A DNA stretch of 64,000 nucleotides from Nitrospirota bacterium (GCA_963721805.1 CAVRJY010000001.1:160001-224000); one strand, 5' to 3'. Positions 34,507 through 44,817 are shown, counted from the first letter of the stretch. Program-made: numbers and translations. The notes: generated from the letters alone by a model not told the origin.

Positions 34507-35052
34507 TCAAGCCCTGCCCAAAAGGGATATCCTTTTACCCGCGGTTATGCGCGCGAGCATTGGGTCCTTCTTACGCCTCTTCGACCTGTACTCCTCCTCG
34601 TCCATCTCGATCCAGGTGATCGTGCGGCCGAACTTGCGCTCGAGGTCCTTGAACTCCCGGACCGGTGAGCTCTGCGCCCCCATCACGAGCAGCGTGACCT
34701 CCGGGGCGTCGTCGTCTTCCGCATATGGGCCATAGATGAAGGCCGCCTTGGCGCCGGCCGCGCGCAGCACGGCGCGCAGGGCGCCCGGCAGGCCGAGCGA
34801 TTTAGTGATCAGGTTTTTGAGTTCGGCGTATAGCGGGCTTTCGATGTCGGCCTGGAAATATCTGAGGTTCGCGACGCGCTCGCTGCGCAAGATCCCGGAC
34901 TGCTCCAGATTGTCGAGTTCGCGCTTGATGACCGAGGGGTTTTTTCGGAGGATACCCGCCACCTCCCGGATGTAGAACATCTCATCAGGGCTGTTGAGCA
35001 GTAACGAGAGCACCTCTGCCCTCGTGGATGATGAAAATAGGCTCTTCAGCAT
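34507..35052 (-). CDS. Winged-helix protein with degenerate nucleotidyltransferase-like domain
   Basis: LFSSSTRAEVL..YIREVA..ELDNLE; AFIYGPYA; promoter TTGACA-N17-TATCTT at 35094-35066. Confidence 0.8.
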   Translation of the reverse strand: MLKSLFSSSTRAEVLSLLLNSPDEMFYIREVAGILRKNPSVIKRELDNLEQSGILRSERVANLRYFQADIESPLYAELKNLITKSLGLPGALRAVLRAAGAKAAFIYGPYAEDDDAPEVTLLVMGAQSSPVREFKDLERKFGRTITWIEMDEEEYRSKRRKKDPMLARITAGKRISLLGRA

Positions 35053-35215
35053 CTTCCTTACGCCTAAGATAACATACCGCAAAAGGGTTGTCAAGAGAAA
35101 AGTGCACTTTAAGAACAGATGATGCTAAAAGTGAAACGATTTTGAATTGAATACGTTAGGAGCCAGATTGAGAACGATCAGGTAAAGGTAACGATCGTTT
35201 CAATTATGGATACGA

Positions 35216-36046
35216 TCATCGAAGGAGAGAGCGGGCCGCGGCGAGGTTGCGCAGGTCGTCCCCGTCGCCCTCCTTCGGGGTCTCGAGCACCAGCGGCACG
35301 CCCGCGAAAGCCCGGTGCGCAATGGTTTCCCTCAAGGCATCAATTCCGATCGTGCCCTCCCCGATGCCCGCGTGGCGGTCAGCGCCCGAGCCCGAAGCGG
35401 CGCGCGAGTCGTTGAGGTGCACGAGCCTTATCAGAGAGAGCCCGACGCTCCTGCCGAGTTCCGAGCCGAGCCGCTCTATCCCCCCCGCCCTGAGGTCGTA
35501 CCCGGCGGCGTGCGCGTGGCAGGTGTCGATGCAGACCCCGGCGGCCGCGCCCTGTGCGCCATCAAGGATTTCAGCGAGGTCGGCCGGGGTGGTCGCGATG
35601 TCGCCACGCTTGCCCGATGTGTTCTCGACCAGCAGCCCGGAGCGAAGCGCCAGCCCGGCCATCGCCTCCCTGATGCTCCGCGCGGCGCGAGGGCGGCCCT
35701 CGGCGTCATGCGTGCTCCCGGCGTGCAGCACGACGTACTCGGCCCCTATGGCCTCGGCCCGCAGCATCTCTTCGCGCAGCAACGAGACGGACTTTATCCG
35801 CAGCTCTTCGTTTGAGGATGCGATATTAATCAGGTAAGAGGCGTGCACGTATACGGGCGAGATGTCGAGCTTCGCCCTCTCGGAGCGAAACGTACCCGCC
35901 TCCTCGGGGCTTACAGGCGCGAGCGCCCACTGCCGCGGGCTGTGCGAGAAGATCTGCATGCAGGTGCAGCCGAGCGCGGCGGCCCTCGCCGGGGCGAGGC
36001 TGACCCCGCCCGCTATCGAGACGTGCACGCCTATGCGCCGCTTCAT
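35216..36046 (-). CDS. nfo: Endonuclease IV
   Basis: IGVHVSIAGG, HASYLIN, CIDTCH, HLNDS, DRHAGIG, LETP. Confidence 0.93.
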   Translation of the reverse strand: MKRRIGVHVSIAGGVSLAPARAAALGCTCMQIFSHSPRQWALAPVSPEEAGTFRSERAKLDISPVYVHASYLINIASSNEELRIKSVSLLREEMLRAEAIGAEYVVLHAGSTHDAEGRPRAARSIREAMAGLALRSGLLVENTSGKRGDIATTPADLAEILDGAQGAAAGVCIDTCHAHAAGYDLRAGGIERLGSELGRSVGLSLIRLVHLNDSRAASGSGADRHAGIGEGTIGIDALRETIAHRAFAGVPLVLETPKEGDGDDLRNLAAARSLLR

Positions 36047-37872
36047 ACGTATGCCGGGTCGATGTCTATGGTGCATGGCCCGGCGGCCGTGGCTATGGCG
36101 GAGACCGCGCGGCGCAGCGCCACGCGCGACGGGGCCTTGACGAGCAGCTTCCACCGCCCGCCGCGCTCTGGTAGCGGGCCCAGGACCTCCGCGCCCCTGA
36201 CCTCGGGCAGCGCCTCGGGGTGGTCTATCCTCAGGACCGCGAGCTTCCAAAACGGCGGATACCCGTGCTCCTGGCGGGCGGACAGTTCTTCCTTATAGAA
36301 GCCCTCGCGGTCGAACCGCTTGAGGTGCCCAAAGATGCGCGCTCCTGAAAACCGGCTCTGCAGCACGATCCTGCCGGTGGGAGAAAGGGCGTCGGCCGCG
36401 TGCAGGAGGTCGCAGTACGCGCGCTCCGTGGCGCGGAAGTCAGGTATGTGCATGTACGAATCAGCGTTCAGTACCGCAATGAGATTAAAACCCTCTTCGC
36501 CGGTCTCCTGCCTTAGCGCCATCTTCGAGCCCACGGCGAAGACGCCGTGGCCCGAGGCCGTCAGCGCCTCGACCGATGAGTGCTCGTCGCCGGGCTTGAG
36601 GTGCACGGGGTTTAGAGCCGCGAGCTCGTCCTCTATGCGTTCGAGCCCGACGCCCGCGGGCTCGATGATCCCGCCGCACGCCGGGCAGGTCTCGGGCGGC
36701 TCGGCCTCGTGGCCGCAAAGCGTGCACCTTAGCGCGCGGCGCGCCCTCTTAGTGTACTCAAGCCCCACGCCGCAGGTTGGGCACTCGGGCATCTGGCCGC
36801 AGTCCGCGCACCGGAGCATCGAGTACCCCATGCGCCGGATTACGAAGAGCACGCGGCCCCCGCGCCTGATCTCGGCCTCGGCCATCGCGCGCAACCTCGG
36901 CGCGATGCCGCCCCTGGCCGAGCGCGTAGGAAGCAGGCTCACCTCAGGCCGCCTGGGCGCGGGGCTCTTGGGGACGACCAGGGCGTACTTCCCGCGTTCG
37001 GCGTTGTGGTATGACTCCAGGGACGGGCAGATCGAGCTCAGGAGCACCGGTATGTGTTCGAGGTACCCGCGCATCACGGCCGCGTCGCGCGCGTTGAACC
37101 TGATGCCGCCCTCGTCCTTATATGACGCGCTCTCCTCCGAGAGCACCGCTATGAGCGATGGCGCAGCGGCCGGGGCGAACGCCCCGAGCCTGCTCCCTAC
37201 GACCACCCGCGCCCCGTCCATCGAGCGGAGCGCGTCCGAGCGCTTGCCGGCCGAGAGCCCGCTGTGGTACGCGACGACCCCCTCAAACGAGCCGCGCAGA
37301 AGCTCGGCCACGTGCTCGGCGCGGCCTATGTCGGGCGCCAGCACGAGTGCGGGGCCCGCTTCACCGGCCGCCGCGATGGCCTCGGCCAGAAACCCGTGCT
37401 CGTACGCGCCCGATGGGGCCTCGAGCAGATACGTCCTGTAAGCGCGGCGCTTTGCGTACTGCGAGATCGAGGCGAGGGCGAGGGCGGCCTCCTTATCCGG
37501 CGTAAACGCGCTGTAGTGCGGAGGGGCATGGGCGCGTATCTTCTTAGCCGCGCGCGCCTTGGCCGGCCTGAAGAACTCCTTCGGGAAGATGCTCTTAAGC
37601 ACCATGCCCTCCGTGGTCATGTAGTATTCCGCGAGCCATCCTATCAGGCTGACCGTCGCATGGCTTAATAGCGGCGCGTCCTCGACAGCGCAGCGAATAG
37701 ATCTGAGCTTCATCCCGGCCGGGGCCGAGCCTGCTCTCAGCACGATGCCGCGGCTGACCGAGCGCTTAAGCGGGGCCTCCACCACCATGCCCGGCTCAAT
37801 CCGCAGCCCCGGAGGGACTATATATGTAAGCGCCCCAAGCTGCTGGGGGAACGCTATGTCCGCGAACTCCAT
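36043..37872 (-). CDS. priA: Primosomal protein N' (degenerate helicase motifs)
   Basis: Two CxxC pairs, PDFRATE, YPPF; Walker A and DEEH not canonical. Confidence 0.85.
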   Translation of the reverse strand: MEFADIAFPQQLGALTYIVPPGLRIEPGMVVEAPLKRSVSRGIVLRAGSAPAGMKLRSIRCAVEDAPLLSHATVSLIGWLAEYYMTTEGMVLKSIFPKEFFRPAKARAAKKIRAHAPPHYSAFTPDKEAALALASISQYAKRRAYRTYLLEAPSGAYEHGFLAEAIAAAGEAGPALVLAPDIGRAEHVAELLRGSFEGVVAYHSGLSAGKRSDALRSMDGARVVVGSRLGAFAPAAAPSLIAVLSEESASYKDEGGIRFNARDAAVMRGYLEHIPVLLSSICPSLESYHNAERGKYALVVPKSPAPRRPEVSLLPTRSARGGIAPRLRAMAEAEIRRGGRVLFVIRRMGYSMLRCADCGQMPECPTCGVGLEYTKRARRALRCTLCGHEAEPPETCPACGGIIEPAGVGLERIEDELAALNPVHLKPGDEHSSVEALTASGHGVFAVGSKMALRQETGEEGFNLIAVLNADSYMHIPDFRATERAYCDLLHAADALSPTGRIVLQSRFSGARIFGHLKRFDREGFYKEELSARQEHGYPPFWKLAVLRIDHPEALPEVRGAEVLGPLPERGGRWKLLVKAPSRVALRRAVSAIATAAGPCTIDIDPAYV

Positions 37873-38207
37873 AAGAAGATTTTAACACGCAGGGTGCAAT
37901 GGACACTTTTTCCAATTTCAGGGTTTCTCCACGGCACGAGAGGTGGCGGGGGAACCCGCTCACTTATAAATAATGCCCTTGACCGCGGGGCTGGGGCGGA
38001 AGCGTTTCGTATATGAACGCCTTTTTTGCGCTTTCTTCATATGTTCTTCATTGCATTGTTTGTAAAATTATTGTGCTGTTTAATGGGAATTCATATGAGA
38101 TAAAGGATTTCCATCACGCTAAGTTATGGGTTGTGGCTTTTTTTCATGCCCGGAAGGTTTGGGGTAACGGTTTTATAATCGGCCTGTGTGCCAAGGAGAC
38201 AGCTTAG

Positions 38208-39233
38208 ATGTACAGAAAAACAATGATGGTCTTAACCCTGCTTATTGCCTTGACAATGGCCTTATCGGCTACCTCGTCGATGGCGATGGCGATGGGCGGC
38301 ATGGGCGGCGGGACCGGCGGGACCGGCGGCACCGGTGGCATGGGCGGCATGGGTGGCAATGTCGGCAACGGCGGCATGGGCGGCACCAACGCGTGCATCC
38401 CGAGCGGACTGGCGGCGATGACCTCCTGCAAGCTGGACGCACAGAGTTCCTATGCCCTCGATCTTGCCAATTGCAAGAACCTCACCAAGACTGACCAGCC
38501 CATGTGCAAGCAGGAGGCTTCGACGGCACAGAAGAATTCGATGCGGGCGTGCAACAGCCAGATGGCCGCCAGAATGTCACAATGCGGCTGGATGGGCAAC
38601 TACGGGTATGCCCCGGTGATGAACTCAGCGGATTTCGTACAGGACGTAACCAACCCGTTCATGCCGCTCGTGCCCGGCACGACCTTCATGTATAACGGCG
38701 CTACCTCGGGCGGCCTCAAGCAGATGGAGTTCAATGTGACCGGCAACACGAGCGTCATCCTCGGCGTCACAACCACCGAGGTCGATGTCAAGACCTCCGT
38801 GGCCGGCAACATGACCGAGAATGACACCGAATGGTTCGCGCAAGACACGACCGGTAACGTCTGGCTCTTCGGCAAGAACGCAAACCAGATGTCCGACGGC
38901 CTCGTCGTCGGGGTCGCAGGCTCATGGACCGCCGGAGTCGGCGGGGCCATGCCGGGCATCGTAATGGAGGCCACCCCCACGCTGGGCAATGCGTATCGGC
39001 AGGACTTCTCCATAGGCATGGCCGAGGACATGGCCACGGTCATGAGCATCACCGAGTCCGTCTCAGTGCCGTATGGATCGTGGGCCAACTGCCTGAAGAC
39101 CTCCGAGACCACCCCTCTTGCTCCGTCAGCCCAGAGGTATATGTACTACTGCTCAGGCGTCGGCAACGTGCAGATGGAAAACGCGGCGTCCGGCGATACA
39201 CTGCAGCTTATCACCGTCACCACCGGCCCATAA
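38208..39233 (+). CDS. Secreted protein with Gly/Met-rich linker and Cys-rich segment
   Basis: Signal peptide, GGMGG repeats, NPFMPLVPG..WFAQDTTGNVWLFG. Confidence 0.85.
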   Translation: MYRKTMMVLTLLIALTMALSATSSMAMAMGGMGGGTGGTGGTGGMGGMGGNVGNGGMGGTNACIPSGLAAMTSCKLDAQSSYALDLANCKNLTKTDQPMCKQEASTAQKNSMRACNSQMAARMSQCGWMGNYGYAPVMNSADFVQDVTNPFMPLVPGTTFMYNGATSGGLKQMEFNVTGNTSVILGVTTTEVDVKTSVAGNMTENDTEWFAQDTTGNVWLFGKNANQMSDGLVVGVAGSWTAGVGGAMPGIVMEATPTLGNAYRQDFSIGMAEDMATVMSITESVSVPYGSWANCLKTSETTPLAPSAQRYMYYCSGVGNVQMENAASGDTLQLITVTTGP

Positions 39234-39389
39234 AGAAAAAGGCTTCTCGTTACACAAGCGTCGGGGGCTCAGTCCCCCGACGCTTTCCCTCCTCAAAATC
39301 TAATGCCTTCCCCATACCCCTGTTGCGGCCTCGCGTAAGAAATGATAGTATTTGGCAGGGAGAAACCTAAACCACAGGAGGAACGGCTT

Positions 39390-39860
39390 ATGTTTAGTTT
39401 GAGGCCATTGAAGGGGCGTCTAACGGTTTTCACATTGATTGCGGTGCTGCTGCTTCAGCTCGCGGCATGCGGAACGATCCTCTATCCTGAGCGCAGGGGC
39501 CAGCGCAGCGGCACAGTGGACATCGGGGTCGCGGTTCTTGACGGCATCGGGGTCGTACTCTTCGTGATCCCCGGGCTTATCGCCTATGCGATAGACTTCT
39601 CGACCGGGGCGATATACCTGCCGGGCGGCAGCAGGTCGTCCAATGGGATCGGCACTGACCTCACCGTGATAAATGTTCCCCCGGCTGAACTCACCCCTGA
39701 GAGGATCAGACAGGTAGTGCTCGCTCAGACCGGTGTTGATGTGGATCCGAGCTCGCAGCGCGTGCTGCAATATTCAGCCAAGTATGCCGACCTGCACAGT
39801 CTGGCGCAGGCGATAAACAGCGGCGGCTCGAGGCTCGCATTCGGGATAGCCTCCCACTAG
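39390..39860 (+). CDS. Hypothetical lipoprotein
   Basis: Lipobox LAAC followed by GTILYPERRGQ; RBS AGGAGG. Confidence 0.8.
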   Translation: MFSLRPLKGRLTVFTLIAVLLLQLAACGTILYPERRGQRSGTVDIGVAVLDGIGVVLFVIPGLIAYAIDFSTGAIYLPGGSRSSNGIGTDLTVINVPPAELTPERIRQVVLAQTGVDVDPSSQRVLQYSAKYADLHSLAQAINSGGSRLAFGIASH

Positions 39861-39889
39861 GTGTGCCGGGGTCGACTGGGCCCCACTCT

Positions 39890-41446
39890 TCATAAGATAT
39901 AATGGCCTCCGTGGCCGGGCAATACGGTCACGGGGGCCTTCCTTTGCCCCGCGAGAGCGGCGAGCGCCGATCTCAGGGCCCCGGACTCCTCGTTATATAG
40001 CGCGGGGTCGGTGTTAGGGTTCGTAAGCAGGTACTTATAGATCCCGAGCTGCTCGCGGTCTCTGGGCATCAGCGTGGCGGGGTTTATCAGGTAGTCCGAG
40101 GTAAAAACCCAGCCGCAGGCGCGGCAGAGATAGAACACCAGCCCCGGCGCATGGCCCCCGCGGCTCTCTATGACCTCGAACTCAAGCGGCCCGAACTCAA
40201 ACCGGCCGATGATTTTGAAGCCCCCGAAGGCCACATGGTGGCCCTCTTCAGCCGCCCAGTATGCCGGGTGCTCCGGGAAGGCGCACCCCGTAATCCGGAT
40301 AGACAGGCGCGTGTAGTACTTGTTGAGCTCAAACAGCCGCCCGCTCGTACCGTGGGCGCGGTTGAGGCTCTCCATCACGTCGCGGCCGCCGCGGTGCATC
40401 CAGATCTCCGCGCCGTTTTCGGCCTCGAACCTGCCTGCCATCCCGATGTGGTCGGTGTCCGGGTGGGTGACGAACACGCGCCTGACCGCCGAGGGCTTAT
40501 GCCCGCGCTCGCGGAGCGCCCGCTTGAAGTCCTCGTAATATATGCCGTGGCCCGCGTCGATCAGGGCCAGCTCGCCGCCCTCGCGGCTCAGGAGGTAGAC
40601 GTTCTCGCTCGTGGGCAGGCGTATGCCCTCCACCGTGACGCCCTGGCACGCGAGCGGCTCCATCCACTGCGCGACGAAGCGGTCTCCGACCTGCCCGCGT
40701 GCGCGCGAGGCCATCGCGAGCACCTTCTCGAAGACCTCCGATGCGTCGAGGTCGCGGCCGGCCTCCTCGTAGAACCCCACGAGGTCGCGGTATAGCTCGC
40801 CCGAGGAGCGCACGAGGCTTCGGACGTCCCCGGCGTCCTCGGCCCCGAGTATGGCCTTCAGGCGGATGAAGAACCGCTCGGTGAGCTTCAGCCCTATGGC
40901 GCGCTTGACCTCGCCGTCCCCGTCCGCGCCGCGATATAGCACGCGGTAGTGATATCCGCGCTGGTTCAGGGCGTCCAGGATCGTGTCGATCTCCGGGGGC
41001 GAGGGCGCGGCCATCGCGACGTCCGCGCTGTCCGGGGTGATCTCGTCGTCATAGAGCATGTAGGTGATGTTGGCCTCATGGGATTTGAGCACTGCGGCGA
41101 ACTCGGCGAGCGATCCGGGGCGGTCCTCGAGCTTGACGCTTATCTCGAACACACCCTCGGCCGTCGTGAGCGAGGGCTCCTCGTCAGAGGCCGCGGCATA
41201 GCCCTCCGAGGCGATCTGCTTCATAAGGGCATCGAGGCCGTCCGCAGAATCGAACTCGGCCTCGACCGCGATGCGCGTTGAGTCGACCGAGCGGTCGTAG
41301 TGGAAGAACTCGATGTTGCCACCGGCGGAGGCTAGCAGGGAGGCGAAGCCCGCCAGGGAGCCCGGCCTGTCAGGAAGGGATACTCGTAACTTCAACAAAA
41401 GCCCCTCGCCATTTATTCTTTTGTATGCCCGGATGGGTTCACTCAT
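39890..41446 (-). CDS. Tandem ACT domains fused to a metallo-beta-lactamase fold
   Basis: DRPGSLA twice; THPDTDH, GGHAPG, SD, PGHG. Confidence 0.85.
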   Translation of the reverse strand: MSEPIRAYKRINGEGLLLKLRVSLPDRPGSLAGFASLLASAGGNIEFFHYDRSVDSTRIAVEAEFDSADGLDALMKQIASEGYAAASDEEPSLTTAEGVFEISVKLEDRPGSLAEFAAVLKSHEANITYMLYDDEITPDSADVAMAAPSPPEIDTILDALNQRGYHYRVLYRGADGDGEVKRAIGLKLTERFFIRLKAILGAEDAGDVRSLVRSSGELYRDLVGFYEEAGRDLDASEVFEKVLAMASRARGQVGDRFVAQWMEPLACQGVTVEGIRLPTSENVYLLSREGGELALIDAGHGIYYEDFKRALRERGHKPSAVRRVFVTHPDTDHIGMAGRFEAENGAEIWMHRGGRDVMESLNRAHGTSGRLFELNKYYTRLSIRITGCAFPEHPAYWAAEEGHHVAFGGFKIIGRFEFGPLEFEVIESRGGHAPGLVFYLCRACGWVFTSDYLINPATLMPRDREQLGIYKYLLTNPNTDPALYNEESGALRSALAALAGQRKAPVTVLPGHGGHYIL

Positions 41447-41472
41447 AAGTAATCCCCATTGTGGCATTTGCC

Positions 41473-41631
41473 AAAGTGCGCGAAATCGCGTGATACGTTG
41501 TCATGGCTCGGAAATCCGTCCTCGGAGTACGCTCAAGTACACCGTCGGACGTTTTCCTCGCCATTCCTAGTCTGACGCTGATTTCTCGCGCTTTAAATTT
41601 CAATCTCATAAGTGTGCGAGCGGTCAACGGC
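41473..41631 (-). repeat. Dispersed palindromic element copy 4
   Basis: AAATCGCGTGATAC..GTAC-N6-GTAC..GTCTGACG..CGCGCTTT..GGTCAACGGC. Confidence 0.85.
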
Positions 41632-41632
41632 T

Positions 41633-41956
41633 CAGTTATATACATAGTTATCGCGCGCGTGCGCGCGCATTTTTTTAGAGCGTTCAAATGAACGAAGAAA
41701 AAACAGTGCAAGGTAGCGGAATCCATGGCTAATTTGAAAGCCTCCATGTTCATGCGTTCAGAAACGGTTTCCGTGCATTCCATCGGCCTTCTGCTCCGCT
41801 TTCTCTGACCTCAAAATGGGCATATAACCCTCATCCAGTATTGAATCACAACGCTATGACAAAAAGCGATAAACTACGGTTTATATATAAACCCAAGTTG
41901 ATAGAAAAAATTGATAGCCGTGCGTTTTCTACTAACTTCCGATTAACTATGGTTAA
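41633..41956 (+). repeat. AT-rich module A attached to the element head
   Basis: Both ends match 60215-60548 in inverse orientation. Confidence 0.75.
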
Positions 41957-41979
41957 AGGAGGGGCCGGGCGGCCCCTCC

Positions 41980-42186
41980 TTATTTCGCGTAAAGTTTCTT
42001 GGCCTGCGCCTTAAAGCCCTTAAGTTCCTCTATCAGGCGGTCGATCTCGGTGTCCATCTCGGCCGGGCTGAAGCAGTCGTAAGAGATCTGGATCTCGCCG
42101 TCCTCGTGCTCCCTGAAATGGTTGAGCCCTATATATACCAGCTTCTTCCCTGACTTCGTCGTCCTCAGTTCAAACGTATGCGCCAT
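41980..42186 (-). CDS. 68-aa hypothetical protein
   Basis: RBS AAGGAGG; hairpin at 41957-41980 right after the stop. Confidence 0.75.
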   Translation of the reverse strand: MAHTFELRTTKSGKKLVYIGLNHFREHEDGEIQISYDCFSPAEMDTEIDRLIEELKGFKAQAKKLYAK

Positions 42187-42219
42187 TATTTAATCCTCCT
42201 TATAAATAACTTTAATTAA

Positions 42220-42398
42220 TGCCTTTGACCATGTGGGGCGCGGAGGGCCTCCTTTATCCGTGCCCCCCGAAAGCGCGCCCAAATCGGCTTCAGACAAGGC
42301 AGGGCAAGAAGACCGCCCGATGGTGTACTGTGACGTACATAGAGGGCGAGTCTTTGAAGCCCAACGAAGTATCAAGCGATTTGGAGCGCTTTAAAGAA
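42220..42398 (+). repeat. Dispersed palindromic element copy 5
   Basis: TGCCTTTGACC head; core close to copies 2 and 6. Confidence 0.9.
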
Positions 42399-42423
42399 AG
42401 CACCGGGTGCGGTTCAATAGCCA

Positions 42424-43416
42424 CTATAGTCCCTTCAACCCCATTACTTCCCTTACCTGCTGCATTGTCGCTCGTGCCGTAATGCTCGCCTTATCGGTGC
42501 CTATGTCTATCGCGCGCCTGAGTATCGAGGGATCCCCCGCGATCTGCGCCCGGCGCTCCCACAGGGGCGAGAGTGCCCCGCGCATGTTCTTGATCAGCAC
42601 CTTCTTGCAGTCGATGCAGCCGATCCCGGCGGTGCGGCAGCCCTCGGCGACCTCTGCCAGCTCGGCCTCGCTCGAGAATATCTTATGGAGCTGGTATACC
42701 GGGGAGAGTTCCGGGTCGCCCTTGTCCGTGCGCCTGATGCGCGCGGGGTCGGTGGCCATGGTGCGCACCTTTTTTTCGAGCTCATCGGACGTGTCGCTAA
42801 GGTATATCGCGTTATCGTAGCTCTTGCTCATCTTGCGGCCGTCGAGGCCCGGCACCTTGGGGAACTTCGTGAGCAGGGCCTCGGGCTCGACCAGCACGTC
42901 GGAGTTATACAGCCCGTTAAAGCGCCGCGCGATCTCGCGCGTGATCTCCAGATGCGGCATCTGGTCCACTCCGACCGGGACGTAGTGCGCGCCGTAGAGC
43001 AGGATGTCCGCGCTCATGAGCACCGGGTATCCGAGGAAGCCGTACATCGAGAGGTCGCGGTCTGAGAGGTTTTCCTTTTTCTCCTTGTATGTCGGCACGC
43101 GCTCGAGCCATCCAAGCGGGGTGATCATGCTCAGAAGCAGGTGCAGCTCGGCGTGCTCCAGCACGCGGGACTGCAGGAATATCGTGCAGCGCTCCGGGTC
43201 GAGCCCGGCAGCGATGAAGTTCGTAAGCAAGTCCTTGGTGCTCGCGGCCAGCGCGGAGGGATCGGCGTAGCCTGTAGTGAGCGCATGCCAGTCGGCCACG
43301 AAGTAGTAGCAGTCGTATTCGTCCTGGAGCTTGACCCAGTTGCGCAATGCCCCGACCCAGTTGCCTACGTGAAGGCGGCCGCTTGCCTGCATGCCGCTTA
43401 GAACTCGCTTTTTCAT
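42424..43416 (-). CDS. trpS: Tryptophanyl-tRNA synthetase
   Basis: HVGN, YPVLMSADIL, KMSKS. Confidence 0.96.
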   Translation of the reverse strand: MKKRVLSGMQASGRLHVGNWVGALRNWVKLQDEYDCYYFVADWHALTTGYADPSALAASTKDLLTNFIAAGLDPERCTIFLQSRVLEHAELHLLLSMITPLGWLERVPTYKEKKENLSDRDLSMYGFLGYPVLMSADILLYGAHYVPVGVDQMPHLEITREIARRFNGLYNSDVLVEPEALLTKFPKVPGLDGRKMSKSYDNAIYLSDTSDELEKKVRTMATDPARIRRTDKGDPELSPVYQLHKIFSSEAELAEVAEGCRTAGIGCIDCKKVLIKNMRGALSPLWERRAQIAGDPSILRRAIDIGTDKASITARATMQQVREVMGLKGL

Positions 43417-44090
43417 AGACCTCCAACCCAGGTTAAAAGTATGCTGAAGAAATAAAGCAGGGGCGCCATGAGAAACCTCGTTGCGCCCGTGGCGATCAGG
43501 AGCATCACGATCATGAACCCGAACGGCTCGAGCCTCGCAAGCTGCCGGCCCATGCTGTAGGGCAGCAGCCCGACCGCGACGCGCCCGCCGTCAAGCGGGG
43601 GGATCGGGATAAGGTTAAACGAGGCCAGCACGAGGTTCATCGTGATGCCAGAGATCAGCATCAGCCTCAGCGGATGAAGCACCGACTCTGCGGTATCGGG
43701 CGATACGAACGCAGAGGCAGGGATCACGACAAATTTGATGAGCAGCAGGCTTATGACCGCCAGCAGGATGTTGCAGACCGGCCCGGCCGCGGCCGTGATC
43801 GCCATGCCGCTGTGCGGGTTTTTGAAGTTATTGGGGTTGATCGGCACGGGCTTGGCGTAGCCGAACATGAACCTCCCGCCGCTGAGGATCAGCATCGCTA
43901 TCGGCAGGATGATCGTGCCGACGAGGTCTACGTGCGCCAGCGGGTTTAGCGTCAGGCGTCCGAGCATCTTCGCTGTGGGGTCCCCGAGGCGGTTGGCGAC
44001 ATACCCGTGCGCGACCTCGTGAAAGGTGATCGCGATCAGTATCGGGATGGCCGATATCGCTATCTGTCTGATTGTATCCGTTATGTCCAT
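43413..44090 (-). CDS. Site-2 protease (M50 family)
   Basis: HEVAH, NLIPIPPLDG. Confidence 0.93.
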   Translation of the reverse strand: MDITDTIRQIAISAIPILIAITFHEVAHGYVANRLGDPTAKMLGRLTLNPLAHVDLVGTIILPIAMLILSGGRFMFGYAKPVPINPNNFKNPHSGMAITAAAGPVCNILLAVISLLLIKFVVIPASAFVSPDTAESVLHPLRLMLISGITMNLVLASFNLIPIPPLDGGRVAVGLLPYSMGRQLARLEPFGFMIVMLLIATGATRFLMAPLLYFFSILLTWVGGL

Positions 44091-44152
44091 GGTGGAAAGC
44101 TTATGATATAGCCTATCTCAAAGGCATGTCAAACAAGCGTATAATTGTATCC

Positions 44153-44611
44153 ATGCCGGATATATCGCACGCAGATATAGCGGATGCGGCTGAGATACTC
44201 GAGCTTCAGAAGCTCGCGTTTCAGAGTCAGGCCATATTATACGATTACTGGTCCATGCCGCCCCTGACCCAGACGCTTGAAGATATCAGGGAGGAGTTCG
44301 GCAGGCTCGTATTCCTGAAGGCGACCGAGTCAGGCAGGATCATAGGCTCGGTCAGGGCGTCGCTAGATGACGGCACCTGTCATATCGGCAGGCTGATCGT
44401 ACATCCCGATTTTCAGAACCAGGGCATCGGCACGCGGCTGATGCGGGCGATAGAGGCCGAGTTCCCGGACGCGCAACGCTACGAATTATTCACCGGCAGC
44501 AGGAGCGAGCGCAATATCCACCTCTACGAGAAGCTCGGCTACAGGATCATCAGGCAAGAGCCGGTATCGAATAATGTCTCACTTTTGTATATGGTTAAGG
44601 CGCTTAGCTGA
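44153..44611 (+). CDS. GNAT acetyltransferase
   Basis: VHPDFQNQGIG, LYEKLGY; ATG 7 nt after TATAAT. Confidence 0.9.
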   Translation: MPDISHADIADAAEILELQKLAFQSQAILYDYWSMPPLTQTLEDIREEFGRLVFLKATESGRIIGSVRASLDDGTCHIGRLIVHPDFQNQGIGTRLMRAIEAEFPDAQRYELFTGSRSERNIHLYEKLGYRIIRQEPVSNNVSLLYMVKALS

Positions 44612-44636
44612 AAGCGCTCATCTTAATTCCAAACAT

Positions 44637-44817
44637 TGCCATTGACCTTCGGGGCCGGGGGGCCGACCGTTCTTCCGTGCCCCCCGAAAGCGCGCCCAAA
44701 TCGTCTTCAGACAAGGCAGGGCAAGAAGACCGCCCGATGGTGTACTGAGACGTACATAGAGGGCGAGTCTTTGAAGCCCAACGACGTATCAAGCGATTTG
44801 GCGCGCTTTGAAAGAAC
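44637..44817 (+). repeat. Dispersed palindromic element copy 6
   Basis: TGCCATTGACC head; core close to copies 2 and 5. Confidence 0.9.

Noticed and set aside
34276..34668. Plus-strand Phe/Ala-rich ORF
   Set aside because: Antisense shadow of the Lys/Ala-rich microprotein and the wHTH gene
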